Source: Phoronis australis | Taxonomy: Eukaryota > Animalia > Phoronida | DNA length: 64,000 nucleotides | Direction: 5' to 3' | Assembly: GCA_002633005.1 (NCBI GenBank) | Contig: NMRA01000177.1 | Coordinates: 511,942-575,941, forward strand | Made by a program: the position numbers and the translations under genes | Part shown: positions 15,001 to 28,208 of the stretch, one piece after another | Layout: each line of letters starts with the position of its first letter | How positions within the stretch are numbered: the first letter of the stretch is position 1 | Notes under the pieces: generated by a model | Databases searched by the model: none | Seen by the model: the letters and a program-made list of their open reading frames with translations, nothing else | Told to the model about the DNA's origin: nothing

Positions 15001-18000
15001 CTCCCGGAAACCTTACGGCCAGCGGAGACAACTACATATGTTACTGCTTTACCAGAGAAGTTAATACACAATGTTCCTGCTTTGCCATCACAGCCAATGT
15101 TGAGTGAGGACGCCGTATCTAAGGACGCCGTATCTAAGGACGCCGTATCTAAGGATGCCGTATCTAAGGACGCTAGTCCACCATTAAATTCAACCACTGC
15201 CGCTGATGGTATCTCGCATGTCACAAAGTTGCATGATGAAGAGACATCTGTTGGCACACCCAGTAGTTCTCCATCCTACAAATGGCTACCACTCTTCTGG
15301 CAGGCTGTAAGTTGCACAACTTTCTGTCTTTTCACGACACTGTGATGTACCGTTTCTGAATATTGTATCTTCTCGTTCGAGCACCAGATGTATTGAATGT
15401 TCAACCGATTGGTCTTTGTCTTTCTGCACTCATGGCCATGTTCAGTTTTCATTTCTTTATTTAGGACTTGCCACACGAATGATTAGCCGCACACATCTTG
15501 GTGAACATTTGCACTCCCACGGTTGCTAACTCAATTTTTGCACTTCTCCACTATTACGATGTCTGTTTCATTTTTATGAACAAGAAACTTTTCTACCCTT
15601 ATTGTACAAACTTTCATTTCTTCCACTAGTCACATGTGGTCTCGCATACAATCATGATTATGGTGATTTTCCATCACTTAATCAATAAACCACTTGAGGC
15701 ACACTTAGTACGATATTTCCTTCAGTTGCTAGAATTCAAATTTGCGATATTGAAAAAAAAAACGATTCTATTATCACTTTTGTTAGAGTTATCCTAAGAT
15801 TCTTTTGGTGATGAAAATTCTTTAACTGTAAGACACTTGAAGAAAACGAATTCAGTTTTAATTAAAATCTGCATAATTTCATTTTTTCCATTGTGATGTT
15901 TTTAGGTCAAAATTGCCTTTTTCTTTAAACATAAAGATGCGTAATAATCATATTTTACATTTTACTTGAAGTTGTCCTTTCATTTTTCACTCTTTGAGTT
16001 TAGCATAAAAACCACTCTTCACCATAGGCAAACAAGTTCTTTACAAAACAAACTAAAAGTCAAGGTACAATCCCTGCTTGCAAAATTGCTTCCTCAGGTG
16101 TGAAATTTAGAGAAAGGTTATTGCTTAGTTTGACAGATCATTTTGAATGTGTTTGTCAATGAAATTCGCTGTTAGCTTTAATATATATATTTATTTTATT
16201 GATCAAGTTGACTTTCTCAACATTGTCATTGTTTCCAATCAACACTTCAATATTAATATTAAGATTATTTTACAATCAACATTATTTTAGTGTTTTTGTG
16301 TTACCAACACCACTGACACTTCCCAGTCAACATGGGTATTTTGTAAACAACTTTTTTATCACAGAGTGTAATTTTAATCCTTTTCATATAGGAATGTGTA
16401 ATATATGATAGTGTAGTATCTAACGCCATTTGATTGTTGTTTCTCCCTTCTTCTGAGGATCACCAAATAAATTTGACCGGTTTGAACTGGGGTCATACAC
16501 AGGACAAGGGAAGTTGTAAGTCTTGATGATTATTCAAGGTGGCCTGTGCCTGCCTTGTTCAGATGAAGACAGTTTTGTTCACTTTGAATTGAAGTGTCAG
16601 GAGTAATGAATGGTATGAACAAGGCAGTAAGAAGAACAATTGGGATGTTTGAATCAAATGCACCAATGGAACAGCCTACTGAGTAATGATAACGTGCTCA
16701 GTGTTGTAATTGTTATAATTTCGTGTGACGTGTTCATGTTATCTCTTTGTTCATTATTCCAGTGCTCCAAGCAGTGCGGCGGCGGTGTCATGCAACGGAA
16801 ACTAATGTGCATGTCAAAGACGACACTTCACGAAGTACCCGCTGTCAACTGTCAAAACATTCCTCGTCTTGTTACTGAGAAAAGATGCAATGAGCAGCCC
16901 TGTGTTGGGTGGCAGACCTCATCTTGGTCGGAGGTAATTTCAAAAATGCTTCATATACTACTCGCAACTGGGTTAAATTTTAGGAATTGAAATTTTGCAT
17001 TGTTATAAAATATCAAGTGTTGAAACTGAGGCACAGGCGTAACCCTGTTTTTGCTGAAGAATCTTCGGGTTGCATACTAATTACGAATGCCAAGAAGCTA
17101 GTCATGGAGATGAATTTGCCACGCATATCTTAACCATTATTAAGAGTGAACTCGTCTGGCTAGGTCTCGCAAGTATCTTCCGTAATGAAATGGGGGATAT
17201 GCTCCATATTGAAATTCGCCAAAAAGCGAGATCACACAAAATATGTGAGTAAGGAGTGTTTTGTGAGTATGCTCTTGAGATTACTAACCTATCCCAGAAA
17301 AATGGCGCGCGCTGATGTGATTGGTTGGTCAGTTTGGAATGTTGAATCATGGAATAAAATTCATTGTGTCTTGATTGTACGGAATGCAGCCCAAGACATT
17401 GGAGTCTTGCCTTCAGCTACAATTGATGCTCTAATGGTTTCAGTGTTCCAAATCATGTGGTAACGGTACACAGCACAGACAGGTAGCGTGCCCTGTTGAA
17501 AAGATGTGCAACCAACGGGACCGACCTAAAGCACAGCAGTTCTGTAACACACAGAGATGTCTGGGATGGATTGCTGGGCCATGGAGCAAGGTAACATCTG
17601 AGGATTATGTCCTATTATCTGAGGACACTTGGCAATCGCCCAAAGTGTCTCCTCTTCTTGTCAACAAAGCTAGTCAATTATCCTGAAACATACGTTAAAA
17701 CGTTTTTACGCCAATCAAGGGTATAGCATTTGAAACAAGTGAGTAGCCATTGGCAATATAAATTTTGAGCTTTTTATTATGACGTAGTGAGTTTTTAAAA
17801 AATGGAAAATGAGAATTTTTACAATTATTTTATATTAATTCAAGGAAATTTATTCTGCTGTTACAGTGTTCTAGAACCTGCAGTGGAGGAGAGCAAGCCC
17901 GCCATGTACAGTGTATTGACTTAGTGACTGATCAACCAGCGACGGGATGTGATTCGCTGAGAATGCCCGAGGAGTCGCAGACATGTAACACCGAACTTTG

Positions 18001-19416
18001 CGAAGTGGAAAATGCCGGTGAGTTACCAATATAAGCTGTGAGAAATTTGGTAAAAATTCTCAATACATTTACGCAATCTGGAAGCAGTTTTTCGTTTTGA
18101 TTATGCGTAACACCCAAATATACACTTTAAAATGTTCAAATTCTTTACAATAGCTATCACCAGGTAATTGTTTTGAGATATTGTGGGTATTCACAACAAT
18201 GTTATAAGCTTTTGAAAAAGGGAAAACTGAATTGGGTTGAGTGTGAAGTTGAGCCTGCAGAACGCTAAGCGGGTGAGAAGGGTGTCACACAGGTGACAAG
18301 TTTTAATTTGAAATCAAAGAGTTATTTATAACAAATACGATACTTATTGGTGAAACGTTATCCCCTATTGCCTGCGTCACCCAATCGCAGCACAGTGTTG
18401 TGGCATTTTACAATCAACTCTCAGGCTCGTTCACAACAGTATTTCCACAACTCGTTCGCTCCAATATGGCGGCAGTGTTGACGTGTTGGGATTAGCCAAT
18501 GAGAGACCTAGGTGTTTTTGTTTTGGGCTTGTCTCCACTCCTATGTATGATAACCAGATTTGGATATTTGAAATTCGAGTAATTTTCTTGATTAATTTAA
18601 GGTTTTAGCAATAATGTCAAATAAAGAACTGACCAACCCCTCAACGCTTCGAGCCACGTGGCTTTCATATCATTTTTTATCAGCTGAACACGCTAAGAAT
18701 TGTATGATGACACATGGCTTAACTCAAAATTCAACTGCTGCCTGGTGGTTTGGTAATTGGCTCAATTGTGTTGCACACCCAGCAGAATTATTGGGGAACA
18801 TATTATTGCAACATTAAACAAACGTTTTAGGTTTCAAAAGTCACATTCCTTGTCCAATTTTCAAAATTCAAAAACCTAGAAATCACGTGTGCTTTTCACA
18901 GACTACTCAAATATGCTATTACAAACTTTCAAAACGAAAATTTCAAAATACTGACGCCAATGTGTTTATGATGGTCTCATTATCTAGAGACTGATAACAT
19001 CCGCAGCCTGAGGTGATTTTATTAACCACAACAGCATGGTGTCTTTTATCTGAACTGGCAGATTCTGAGGTGCTCAAACTGGTCGATTGGCACAATCTCG
19101 ACCGACTGTTAAGGATGTCAATGTAGGATTCTTTTCGTGAGTAATTGGTCAGCGTGGAACTTATTGTTATCCGTTATTGAATTCATGCCCTCAGCAATGT
19201 TTACACGCTTGTCACATCTCTTCAGCTCTGCAAGATAGATTTGCCAAGGTCCACGACAACATGGAGAAATGCGATATGGACAAGATGCGACACTCCATGT
19301 GTGTTCAACTCAAACGTAAGGGACAGTGCGCCCATAGGTATATAGCCATGCAGTGTTGTCGGACTTGTATGCAACACAGGAAAAGGGGCAAAGGTCAGAA
19401 CACGTCGCGGCGGTGA
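82..19416 (+). CDS. ADAMTS7: ADAMTS7/12-like secreted metalloprotease (5'-partial, multi-exon): M12B catalytic domain, disintegrin-like, TSP1, Cys-rich, spacer, TSP1 repeats, mucin-like region, further TSP1 repeats, PLAC
   Basis: GT-AG exons: 82-206, 746-895, 1613-1759, 2513-2657, 3126-3257, 3700-3845, 4186-4249, 5233-5338, 5846-5973, 7634-7754, 8300-8541, 9180-9315, 10038-10170, 14125-15306, 16763-16933, 17444-17590, 17867-18017, 19226-19416. Zinc motif HELGHNFGMKHD spans exons 2/3. TSP1 motif [17 protein letters not shown]; spacer [12 protein letters not shown]; C-terminal PLAC-like CDMDK...CCRTC. A mucin-like insert between TSP1 arrays is typical of the ADAMTS7/12 clade; 7 versus 12 cannot be separated. 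Confidence 0.93.
6187..7139. repeat. Direct duplication 6187-6578 / 6763-7139 across an N junction
   Basis: Highly similar copies with SNPs and indels; N near 6579. Confidence 0.85.
10803..12030 (+). mobile_element. Non-autonomous Helentron/DINE(HINE)-like element with (GTCC)n and internal tandem subrepeats
   Basis: Begins TTTTTATGCGCCCACATATTTATATGTGG (palindrome), then a GTCC microsatellite and repeated CCCCTAGTGGC/TGAAATTTGG modules. Homologous to 52268-53765. Confidence 0.75.
12032..12283. repeat. Interspersed repeat, inverted copy of 19614-19865
   Basis: ~250-bp reverse-complement match with few mismatches. Confidence 0.85.
14125..15306 (+). CDS. Large ADAMTS exon: TSP1 half plus S/T/D/G-rich mucin-like region with internal repeats
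   Basis: ORF 14104-15345; acceptor ttacag|TGC, donor GCT|gtaagt. Contains a ~33-aa repeat ([22 protein letters not shown]) and DAVSK x4. Confidence 0.9.
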
Positions 19417-20261
19417 GGTCAAGTCTTTGGAGGGGTCGTCGAGCTATCTGTGTTATTATTTCTACGAGTGGCATTGTTAGCCATGTTACGAGACACGTGA
19501 CAATTTTGCTCACTGTGATTGGATGGAGAATGGAAATGTCGAAGGCGTAGGATTCGATGATATCATGTGCTGTGTCTACAAATTAGTGGCATTATACGTT
19601 TCATAGTCAGCTNCAATACAGTATACAGCTTTCCACCAAGGCTAGGTGATACTACGACAATATTCTTTGTTGCATTAGTAACTGGTCTTGGCTAATATTA
19701 TCATTTTATGGCCTGGTCATACATTCAGCCAAAAGTAGTTCCAGAGGTGGCTTATCAGCCAATTATTCACGCATGCTGACTCACAATAGAAGCCTGATAA
19801 GAGTGAAGGTGGATAAATGCAGTGTTCCTACAGTTTCTTGTTTTAGTGGATGTGTTCACGACATGGAAGCGTCTTCGCTAATTTTTATTGTATTTTGTCT
19901 GCGAAAGAAGCATGCTACTCTAATTTTTCACGTGGAATTCAATTTTAGAAGCCAAAGACGTTTATAAATTACCAGTTTCTTAACATTTCAGTTTGTTTCA
20001 GCCAGTATTTTATTGCCCTGCATACATTGGTCTGCTTTCCCTTAGTGTGCAGTACAGTTTCTTCTATGGCGTAACGGTGAAAATGCTCAATAAAAATAAG
20101 CAAACTTTGATACTTCATCGTATATTGTACAGGTTTCGTCAGCAAACATATGGTGAAATTTTGAGCTTTTTATTATGAGGTAGTGAGTTTTTAAAAAATG
20201 GAAATGACAATTTTGACAATTATGTTATACGAATTCAAGGAAATTTATTCTGCTGTTACAG

Positions 20262-21815
20262 TGTTCTAGAACCTGCAGTGGAGGAGAGCAAGCCCGCCAT
20301 GTACAGTGTATTGACTTAGTGACTGATCAACCAGCGACGGGATGTGATTCGCTGAGAATGCCCGAGGAGTCGCAGACATGTAACACCGAACTTTGCGAAG
20401 TGGAAAATGCCGGTGAGTTACCAATATCCGCTGTGAGAAATTTGGTAAAAATTCTCAATACATTTACGCAATCTGGAAGCAGTTTTTCGTTTTGATTATG
20501 CGTAACACCCAAATGTATGCTTTAAAATGTTCACATTCTTTACAATAGCTATCACCAGGTAATTATTTTGAGATATTGTGGGTATTCACAACAATGTTAT
20601 AAGCTTTTGAAAAAGGGAAAACTGAATTGGGTTGAGTGTGAAGTTGAGCCTTCAGAACGCTAAGCGGGTGAGAAGGGTGGCACACAGGTGACAAGTTTTA
20701 ATTTGAAATCAAAGAGTTATTTATAACAAATACGATACTTATTTGTGAAACGTTATCCCCTATTGCCTGCATCACCCAATCGCAGCACAGTGTTGTGGCA
20801 TTTTACAATCAACTCTCAGGCTCGTTCACAACTTACAGTATTTCCACAACTCGTGCGCTCCAATATGGCGGCAGTGTTGACGTGTTGGGATTAGTCAATG
20901 AGAGACCTAGATGTTTTTGTTTTGGGCTTGTCTCCACTCCTATGTATGATAACCAGATTTGGATATTTGAAATTTGAGTCATTTTCTTGATTAATTTAAG
21001 GTTTTAGCAATAATGTCGAATAAAGAACTGACCAACCCCTCAACGCTTCGAGCCACCTGGCTTTCATATCATTTTTTTATCAGCTGAACACGCTAAGAAT
21101 TGTATGATGACACATGGCTTAACTCAAAATTCAACTGCTGCCTGGTGGTTTGGTAATTGGCTCAATTGTGTTGCACACCCAGCAGAATTATTGGGGAACA
21201 TATTATTGCAACATTAAACAAACATTTCAGGTTTCAAAAGTCACATTCCTTGTCCAATTTTCAAAATTAAAAACCTAGAAATCACGTGTGCTTTTCACAG
21301 ACTACTCAAATATGCTATTACAAACTTTCTAAACGAAAATTTCAAAATACTGCCGCCAATGTGTTTATGATGGTCTCATTATCTATAGAATGATAACATC
21401 CGCAGCCTGAGGTGATTTTATTAACCACAACAGCATGGTGTCTTTTATCTGAACTGGCAGATTCTGAGGTGCTCAAACTGGTCGATTGGCACAATCTCGA
21501 CCGACTGGTAAGGATGTCAATGTAGGATTCTTTTCGTGAGTAATTGGTCAGCGTGGAACTTAATGTTATCTGTTATTGAATTCATGCACGCAGCAATGTT
21601 TACATGCTTGTCACATCTCTTCAGCTCTGCAAGATAGATTTGCCAAGGTCCACGACAACATGGAGAAATGCGATATGGACAAGATGCGACACTCCATGTG
21701 TGTTCAACTCAAACGTAAGGGACAGTGCGCCCATAGGTATATAGCCATGCAGTGTTGTCGGACTTGTATGCAACACAGGAAAAGGGGCAAAGGTCAGAAC
21801 ACGTCGCGGCGGTGA
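20262..21815 (+). other. Second copy of the last two ADAMTS exons (20262-20412, 21625-21815); probable alternate-haplotype or assembly duplicate
   Basis: 17760-19612 recurs near-identically at 20156-22011, with an N at 19613. Exons appear identical; the intron differs by SNPs and small indels. Confidence 0.85.
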
Positions 21816-24800
21816 GGTCAAGTCTTTGGAGGGGTCGTCGAGCTATCTGTGTTATTTTTTCTACGAGTGGCATTGTTAGCCACGTTACGAGACACGTGAC
21901 AATTTTGCTCACTGTGATTGGATGGAGAATGGAAATGTCGAAGGCGTAGGATTCGATGATATCATGTGCTGTGTCTACAAATTAGTGGCATTATACGTTT
22001 CATAGTCAGCTTAGAACTTGTATGTCTGAGGGAATGAGGTATTGAATTTGTGAACCAGTTATGTTGCTTTTGCTCCATTTTAATTACCCTTGCAGTTGAG
22101 AGGCATTGTTATTTCATGGTGTCTACATTGACAATCACTATTTGGAACTTGGATGTGGAAATCGTTTATATGATGAGAAATTCAGTGCTCAAATCTTCAC
22201 CAGTTGTGCTGAGTGTACTTAATCATGGCTAATTACCCACATTTGTTGAATACAACCTGGTTTTGGTACTTATAATCAAAATGTGTTTGTTTTGTTGAAG
22301 GATTGGTGCATTCGTTTGTGAAGTTATGAATGCTTGAGTCCTGTCTTGTTACGGTGAATTTGTTTTTCAACATGGCTGCTATATTTCAAGATGGATGCTA
22401 CTTTGGAAATTTTTCTTTATGTAAAACTGAATGTTTATGTTGCATGTATTACCTTATGGCATGAAGGTAATGAGAAAATCTGTCTTTCGAGTATTATGTT
22501 GAAGGCATATTGTGTTCGCATAACCTCATGTACACGCTAGTATGACTACTATTTCGAGATGTGTTTTTGTGTTTCAGTCACGAGTGTCGTTTTGTTTTGA
22601 TTTGGTCAAATGAAATTATTAACTCTGAGTTCTTATATGCAAGGCTAGTTTACTTTAGTTTTTCATGATTGTAAGTTCCAAAACAAACACGTGCTACTCG
22701 GACAGTATGCCTTCAAGACGGTTTTTCTGGTGTTTGTATACTGGTGTCTCGGCTAAGCTTCGAATTTGATATTGTGTATATTTTGCGTAACTTTGTAATG
22801 GGACGAGGCTGATATAAGACGTCACATGATACATGAACAGTAGCTGTGTGGTACCAAAGATTTGATAGCTGGCTACAGATTACTAGATTATCATCCATCC
22901 TTGTTTCAAGTGAAACTTACCTTTTACTAGAAGGGTGCTTGTACTGTTGGAACTGAGTGAAGTCTGAGATTGCTTGTAAATACCCTTTATTTATGTATCG
23001 TATCTGCTCTCCTAGTCAGAGCTGTGCTTTCCTGTTGTATATATCACTTTACAAATGTATCATATGCATATTCTTTTTATGTTATATATCTATATATATT
23101 GTTAGATTGTGTTTATTGACTTGTCTTCCTTGAGTACAACAGCCATATGTCATAGTTGGAATATACATTCGTGTAAATTGATAAATTTTCAACGTTTTTC
23201 TATTGCTGAAGTTCTTTACCCATAGCTGCAGTCTAGTCACGTGAGAGTCATGTGACATGAAATAGAGTTCAGCACGTACAATCCAAAACATTATTTTGAA
23301 TTGTTCAACTTGTTTCTAAAAAGAACAAGGCTTTAATGCGCAATACTGCATTTAGAGTAAGCCAACACTAGTACGTTATCTTTCTCATAGGGGGCACTAA
23401 AACTTGCCCATCAAGTACTGTAGTTTGGTCACTACAGTGCATAGTCAATGATCTTGTCTCGCAAGATTTATGTAATCTTGGATGCATTTTCCTAACGAAA
23501 TCATATTTTCAGTATCTAATTACTTTATTTTTTGCGCCCAATGTTCCCAAGTATTGCTAGGAACATTTTCTAGGGGCTCTGACCTGCCTTAAACTTTATT
23601 TAAGTTTTAATTGGCACACAATTCATGAACAACCATAGAAAGATATAAAAATTGGCTAACTTCGGAACATCATATTTTCGGAGTGATTCGATTGAGATGA
23701 GACTTTCAAATAGTATGACTGGCACATCATTTCCAAAATGTCATGTTAAATTGTTCGTTTTTGAAAGAAGTGGGACTTGCTTTTGCAGAAATAAATAGAC
23801 TTGAAACAGAAACCAACAAAATTGAGAAAACCGTTAGCACTTGTGTACACTTCAAAATCAAAATTTCATGCACTTTCTGCATTCCGATACAACAACTGAG
23901 ATTAAATTCCATAGTTATACAGATATTTGGTTAAAACATAGATCTGCAAATGAGATTACTTGTAATCTCAAAGTCCTTGATTTTGTCAAAGTTCTTCAGA
24001 ATGTTTACTTAGCTCTCGACTTGCATTCTCTTATAAAGCAGCACTTCACTGAACAACCAGTCTATTGGAGTACACCCCAGGTATTTTATCGAATGAAGTT
24101 GAACAAACGGCGTTTTATATACATGTTTGGGTCACAGTTTATTTCTAAAAACATCCAGTTCATGTACAGTACTTATACAATATACACCCAGTGTGGACAT
24201 CTGTACAAAAATACATATTTACAAGCTATAAAAGATTCTTGTCGAAATAAAATCAATGTTTTCAATATTTTATCTATGTTAGAAAAACATGCCAGAACAA
24301 TCATGATGATGGCAACTCAAATCTCTTGAAAATTCGACACATCCATGATTGCAGTGAGCCTTTCAAAGTTTTATACTTGGAGTGAACAATTAAAACAACA
24401 AAAACCTTAATTTTCAAATAAATTCATCAGCAGCACTTCAGCAAAACAACACAGACTTGAGAATTTCATTCAAGTAATCAACATACTCTTTGACCTGCAA
24501 TTATTTCTTTCATGCAACATCTAAGAAATATAATTATAAATGAAGTGATTCCGTGATTCGGCTCCTCAAGACAACTGTTCGCACTTGCATGAACAGTCCG
24601 CGCAGTGCTTGCAAAAGTGTCACAAGTACAACACTGAAATCTCTGAAATGAGGCGTGATTGCATATCGTAGCAGTATATCGTAAACGTTATTTTGACCTC
24701 ACGCCACTTCATGTGAAGCTGTGGATACATCTGGAGTGAGGCGCATGAGACCATAAAAGACACTAAACCGGTTTAGGTGACACTTAACTGCTATAAAGCC

Positions 24801-25210
24801 TATCTTGAACGGTAACACATGTAAATTTGGTTTTTAGAGTATCTGAACAGCATCTCTCTGAGTCCACCAGTGCCATAAATTGTTAAATGTAACGAACTGT
24901 TAGACTTATTGGTTTGCTTTTGTCTAGGTCACTGCGAGAATCACCTTTTAATTCAAGCAGCCGTGAATAACACCCGCACGCAATGGTGTACTATTCATTT
25001 CCCTATTCAATACAACTGTTATCGGCCTTTTGTTGTTTGTGCTGGGTTCTCGCGGTGACACAATATGGCACTAAAAGTTAACTTCACCTATCATTTGACG
25101 GGACTACATTTGAGTGATTAAAATCACGTTTTCTTATTTTAGTAAGGCTTTGCTAGGACTATCTGGTTAGCCCAATGCATCTAGAATAACAAATCTCCGT
25201 TGAAGTTAGG

Positions 25211-25373
25211 CTTTAAGTGACACTAAACCATTTTAAGTGACACACTAAACCGCTTTAAGTGACACACTAAACCGCTTTAAGTGACACACTAAACCGCTTT
25301 AAGTGACACACTAAACCACTTTAAGTGACACGCTAAACCGCTTAAGTGACACACTAAACTGCTTTAAGTGACA
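25211..25373. repeat. 22-bp minisatellite (CTTTAAGTGACACACTAAACCG), ~7 copies
   Basis: Direct tandem copies; a related unit lies near 24760-24785. Confidence 0.95.
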
Positions 25374-26307
25374 ATTTGTGAATGAAACGCGACATATCCG
25401 ATACAAAATGAAGTGCCTTCAACACCGTCTCGCTAAACAATGAAAAGTATGTGAAGAAAAATGAGGTGTGCCTATGCATGAAAGACAAGAGCAACATATT
25501 TTATAGAAAAAACTCATTAAGATCATGTAAAACCAAAGAAAGATATCCAAACTATTTTATCTCAGAAATGGCTGATTGGCTTCACTTGAAACTAACATAT
25601 ACTGTGTATGCTTCACAGACTGTTATCTAATTGTTTGGAATAATTGTTTTTAAAACGTTTCACCTTTGCATGAGGGATTGATACAAAATAGGATTTTTAC
25701 GACCTTCACAAAAAAGTGCACAAAACGAAGAGGCAATGATGATTTAGAAAACTGAAACAGCGTTTTTGAGATTTCATAATGACCTGTTATTGATATCAGT
25801 TTTTGGCTATAAATGCATTCTTTTTTCAAAATTTTGATAAAACGACATTGGTAAAAAGTCAAAAATCAAATTCTACAGGCTTTCTACTTTCAGAAAATAT
25901 ACACTTTCAAGAATTTAAAATCTACAGTTTTGTAGTAACTTGGCTAAATACATGACTTGTTGATAAGGTACAACATAGCCTCACTTTGGATACAGAAGCA
26001 TGGAAATAAATACAAGCCTATGACGCACAATGCAAAAATATGAACAGATATCGATACTTGACAAACTGATACAAAACTCTGATGACATGCATAACAATAT
26101 TTGTGCAGCTGAAGAATAGAATCACCAAAGTGTATTTGAATAATCAAACTATTTTTGAATATTACACACTATAACGAACAGTGAGGTTTATGATTTGTGA
26201 TTGCTTGTTTCCGCAGTACACTCCGAAAATAACCTGACAAAATGAACGGGAAGTCCTCCGTCACGAAATCTTAGTGCAAGCAGATTTCAGCATCACAGTA
26301 ACTAGAA

Positions 26308-26460
26308 TTACCCGTCATAACTGAATGACCCCTCACGACAGAAGGACCTGTCATGACAGAATGACCTGTCATGACAGAATGACCCGTCATGACAGAACAA
26401 CACGTCACAACAGAACGACCCGTCATGACAGAACGACCCGTCCTGACAGCTCATGACAGT
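26308..26460. repeat. 18-bp minisatellite (ATGACAGAATGACCCGTC), ~8 copies
   Basis: Diverged tandem copies. Confidence 0.9.
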
Positions 26461-28208
26461 ACATTACCAGTCATGAAGGCAAATAGTATTTTGTCCGATT
26501 ACTCTTGGCGTGCACTGAATTTAAAAAAGACACATAGTCACCAAAGAGTTTCACATATAAACTAAAGGTGATGGCTACTGGCTCAAATATCCCCTCTGAT
26601 ACCCTCGGAATAATATTTTGCTGGTAGTTCATCAAAACTCTTTTCAACACAATAACAACCTCAAGTATGTGGGCCTACAGACGACCAACCACTGCGGCAC
26701 ACGTGTTAAACTGCTTCAATTCAAAATACACACGAGATTAGCAACAGTCAGTCTGTGTGACATATATATATTAATTTCATTCACAGACGTACGATTAAAA
26801 TTGTTAAGACCCTTCCTCCCTAGTTGAAGTCAAATGAGTCATACACTGTGAATACCTTCAGTTGTAAACTTTGGGTCAAAACAAAAGCATAAATTAATAA
26901 TTAAATTATATAAAGGCTGTCCTAAGAAAAAAGGCTCTGACATCTTAAACAAAAAAGGGTAGCCCTAAATTCTGTTTGCTCATGACTTTAAACTAGTAGT
27001 TCCGATGCCAAAGACATGCATGAGGTTTTATCGTATTCGTCAAGTTTCAGAGCCTCTATTCATTGAGTGTAATACCCTGCCTCAGCTTCACAAATTTCTA
27101 AGCAGGCAGTCCAAAACGTGACATGATTACTACAGTGGCACGCTGCAAGGCCCCCTACAGTCATCCTAAAAGACTAACCAGCGCCACCTTCTGTAGATCC
27201 TAGACACTCACTGAGACTTAGGGGAAAGAAATTTTCGATCATGGAACGAAACGAGAGAATTCTATCCCATAATTCAACATCCCTGCCTGACTGACCAATA
27301 CACGAGTCCGCAGTTTAGTCCACCATCTTGAATATGCAACAAGGCAGAGTAAACAAAACAATTCATGTCCGTTTCCCATACTTGTACGGGAATGTAAGAC
27401 CTGATAAAACCAATATTCTTCAAAAGATATCGACTGGATTGTCAAAAGTTTAATCATACCACTCCCGGTTGACCTGCGAAGCCAAGATCCGAGGGATAAA
27501 AGGTGATTTTGTGAACAATCTCAAATTTTCCGAGCCCAAAGAACCCCACAGCATTCACGTACTGATTACACAAATGTATTATCAAGTGTTGTTTTCATCA
27601 TTTACTTGATAATTTAAGAAATATCTTCATTTTATTGTCCAATCTACTGATAGAGGGCGATGTAAAAATCGGACTGTTTACTCTACCTCTGTAACACACG
27701 TCCACAAATACACATATCCAACTTGAAACTGTGGAATCGCGTATAATGTTTATATGTATTAAATATAAGCAGGCAGTACACTAAGTCCCAACTGCGGCCC
27801 CTTCTGCTATACATGCCTAACTAGAAACTGTGGAATCGTGTATCAGTTCAGACGCTTTCAATTTGCTAGAGTACGCAGCTCAAGTGTTGAGCATATCGGG
27901 AGACACTTGTCTTTCGTGATTTTGCATGGTCTTGCTTTCTTGCAAGATTCTAATGCCTACAGAGCACACCCTCTGCGTGGATACACAGACACTTCAAAGT
28001 GGGACTTGCACTCACTATGCCAAGATTGGCTGCATAATCACACACATAAGAAATAAGCGTGCAAACGCACTTTAATAGTACACTTTGTCATGTTCAAGCT
28101 TCATAGGGGGCGGTGCCGCTCATTGCCAGGGCATCAACCTACACACGGATTACAAACTTTACACTGTACATACTAGATTTACACAAACCGGTCAGTGGGT
28201 GGACACGG

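Noticed and set aside
14504-15257. Alternative-frame and antisense ORFs within the mucin exon
   Set aside because: Shadows of repetitive coding sequence with no independent support.
23841-24329. 162-aa ORF between ADAMTS and MAU2
   Set aside because: Non-ATG start, AT-rich composition and no recognisable motif; likely UTR or intergenic.
25211-25373. CRISPR-like array (also 26308-26460, 48752-48937, 51954-52083)
   Set aside because: Head-to-tail repeats with no unique spacers, no cas genes and a eukaryotic context.
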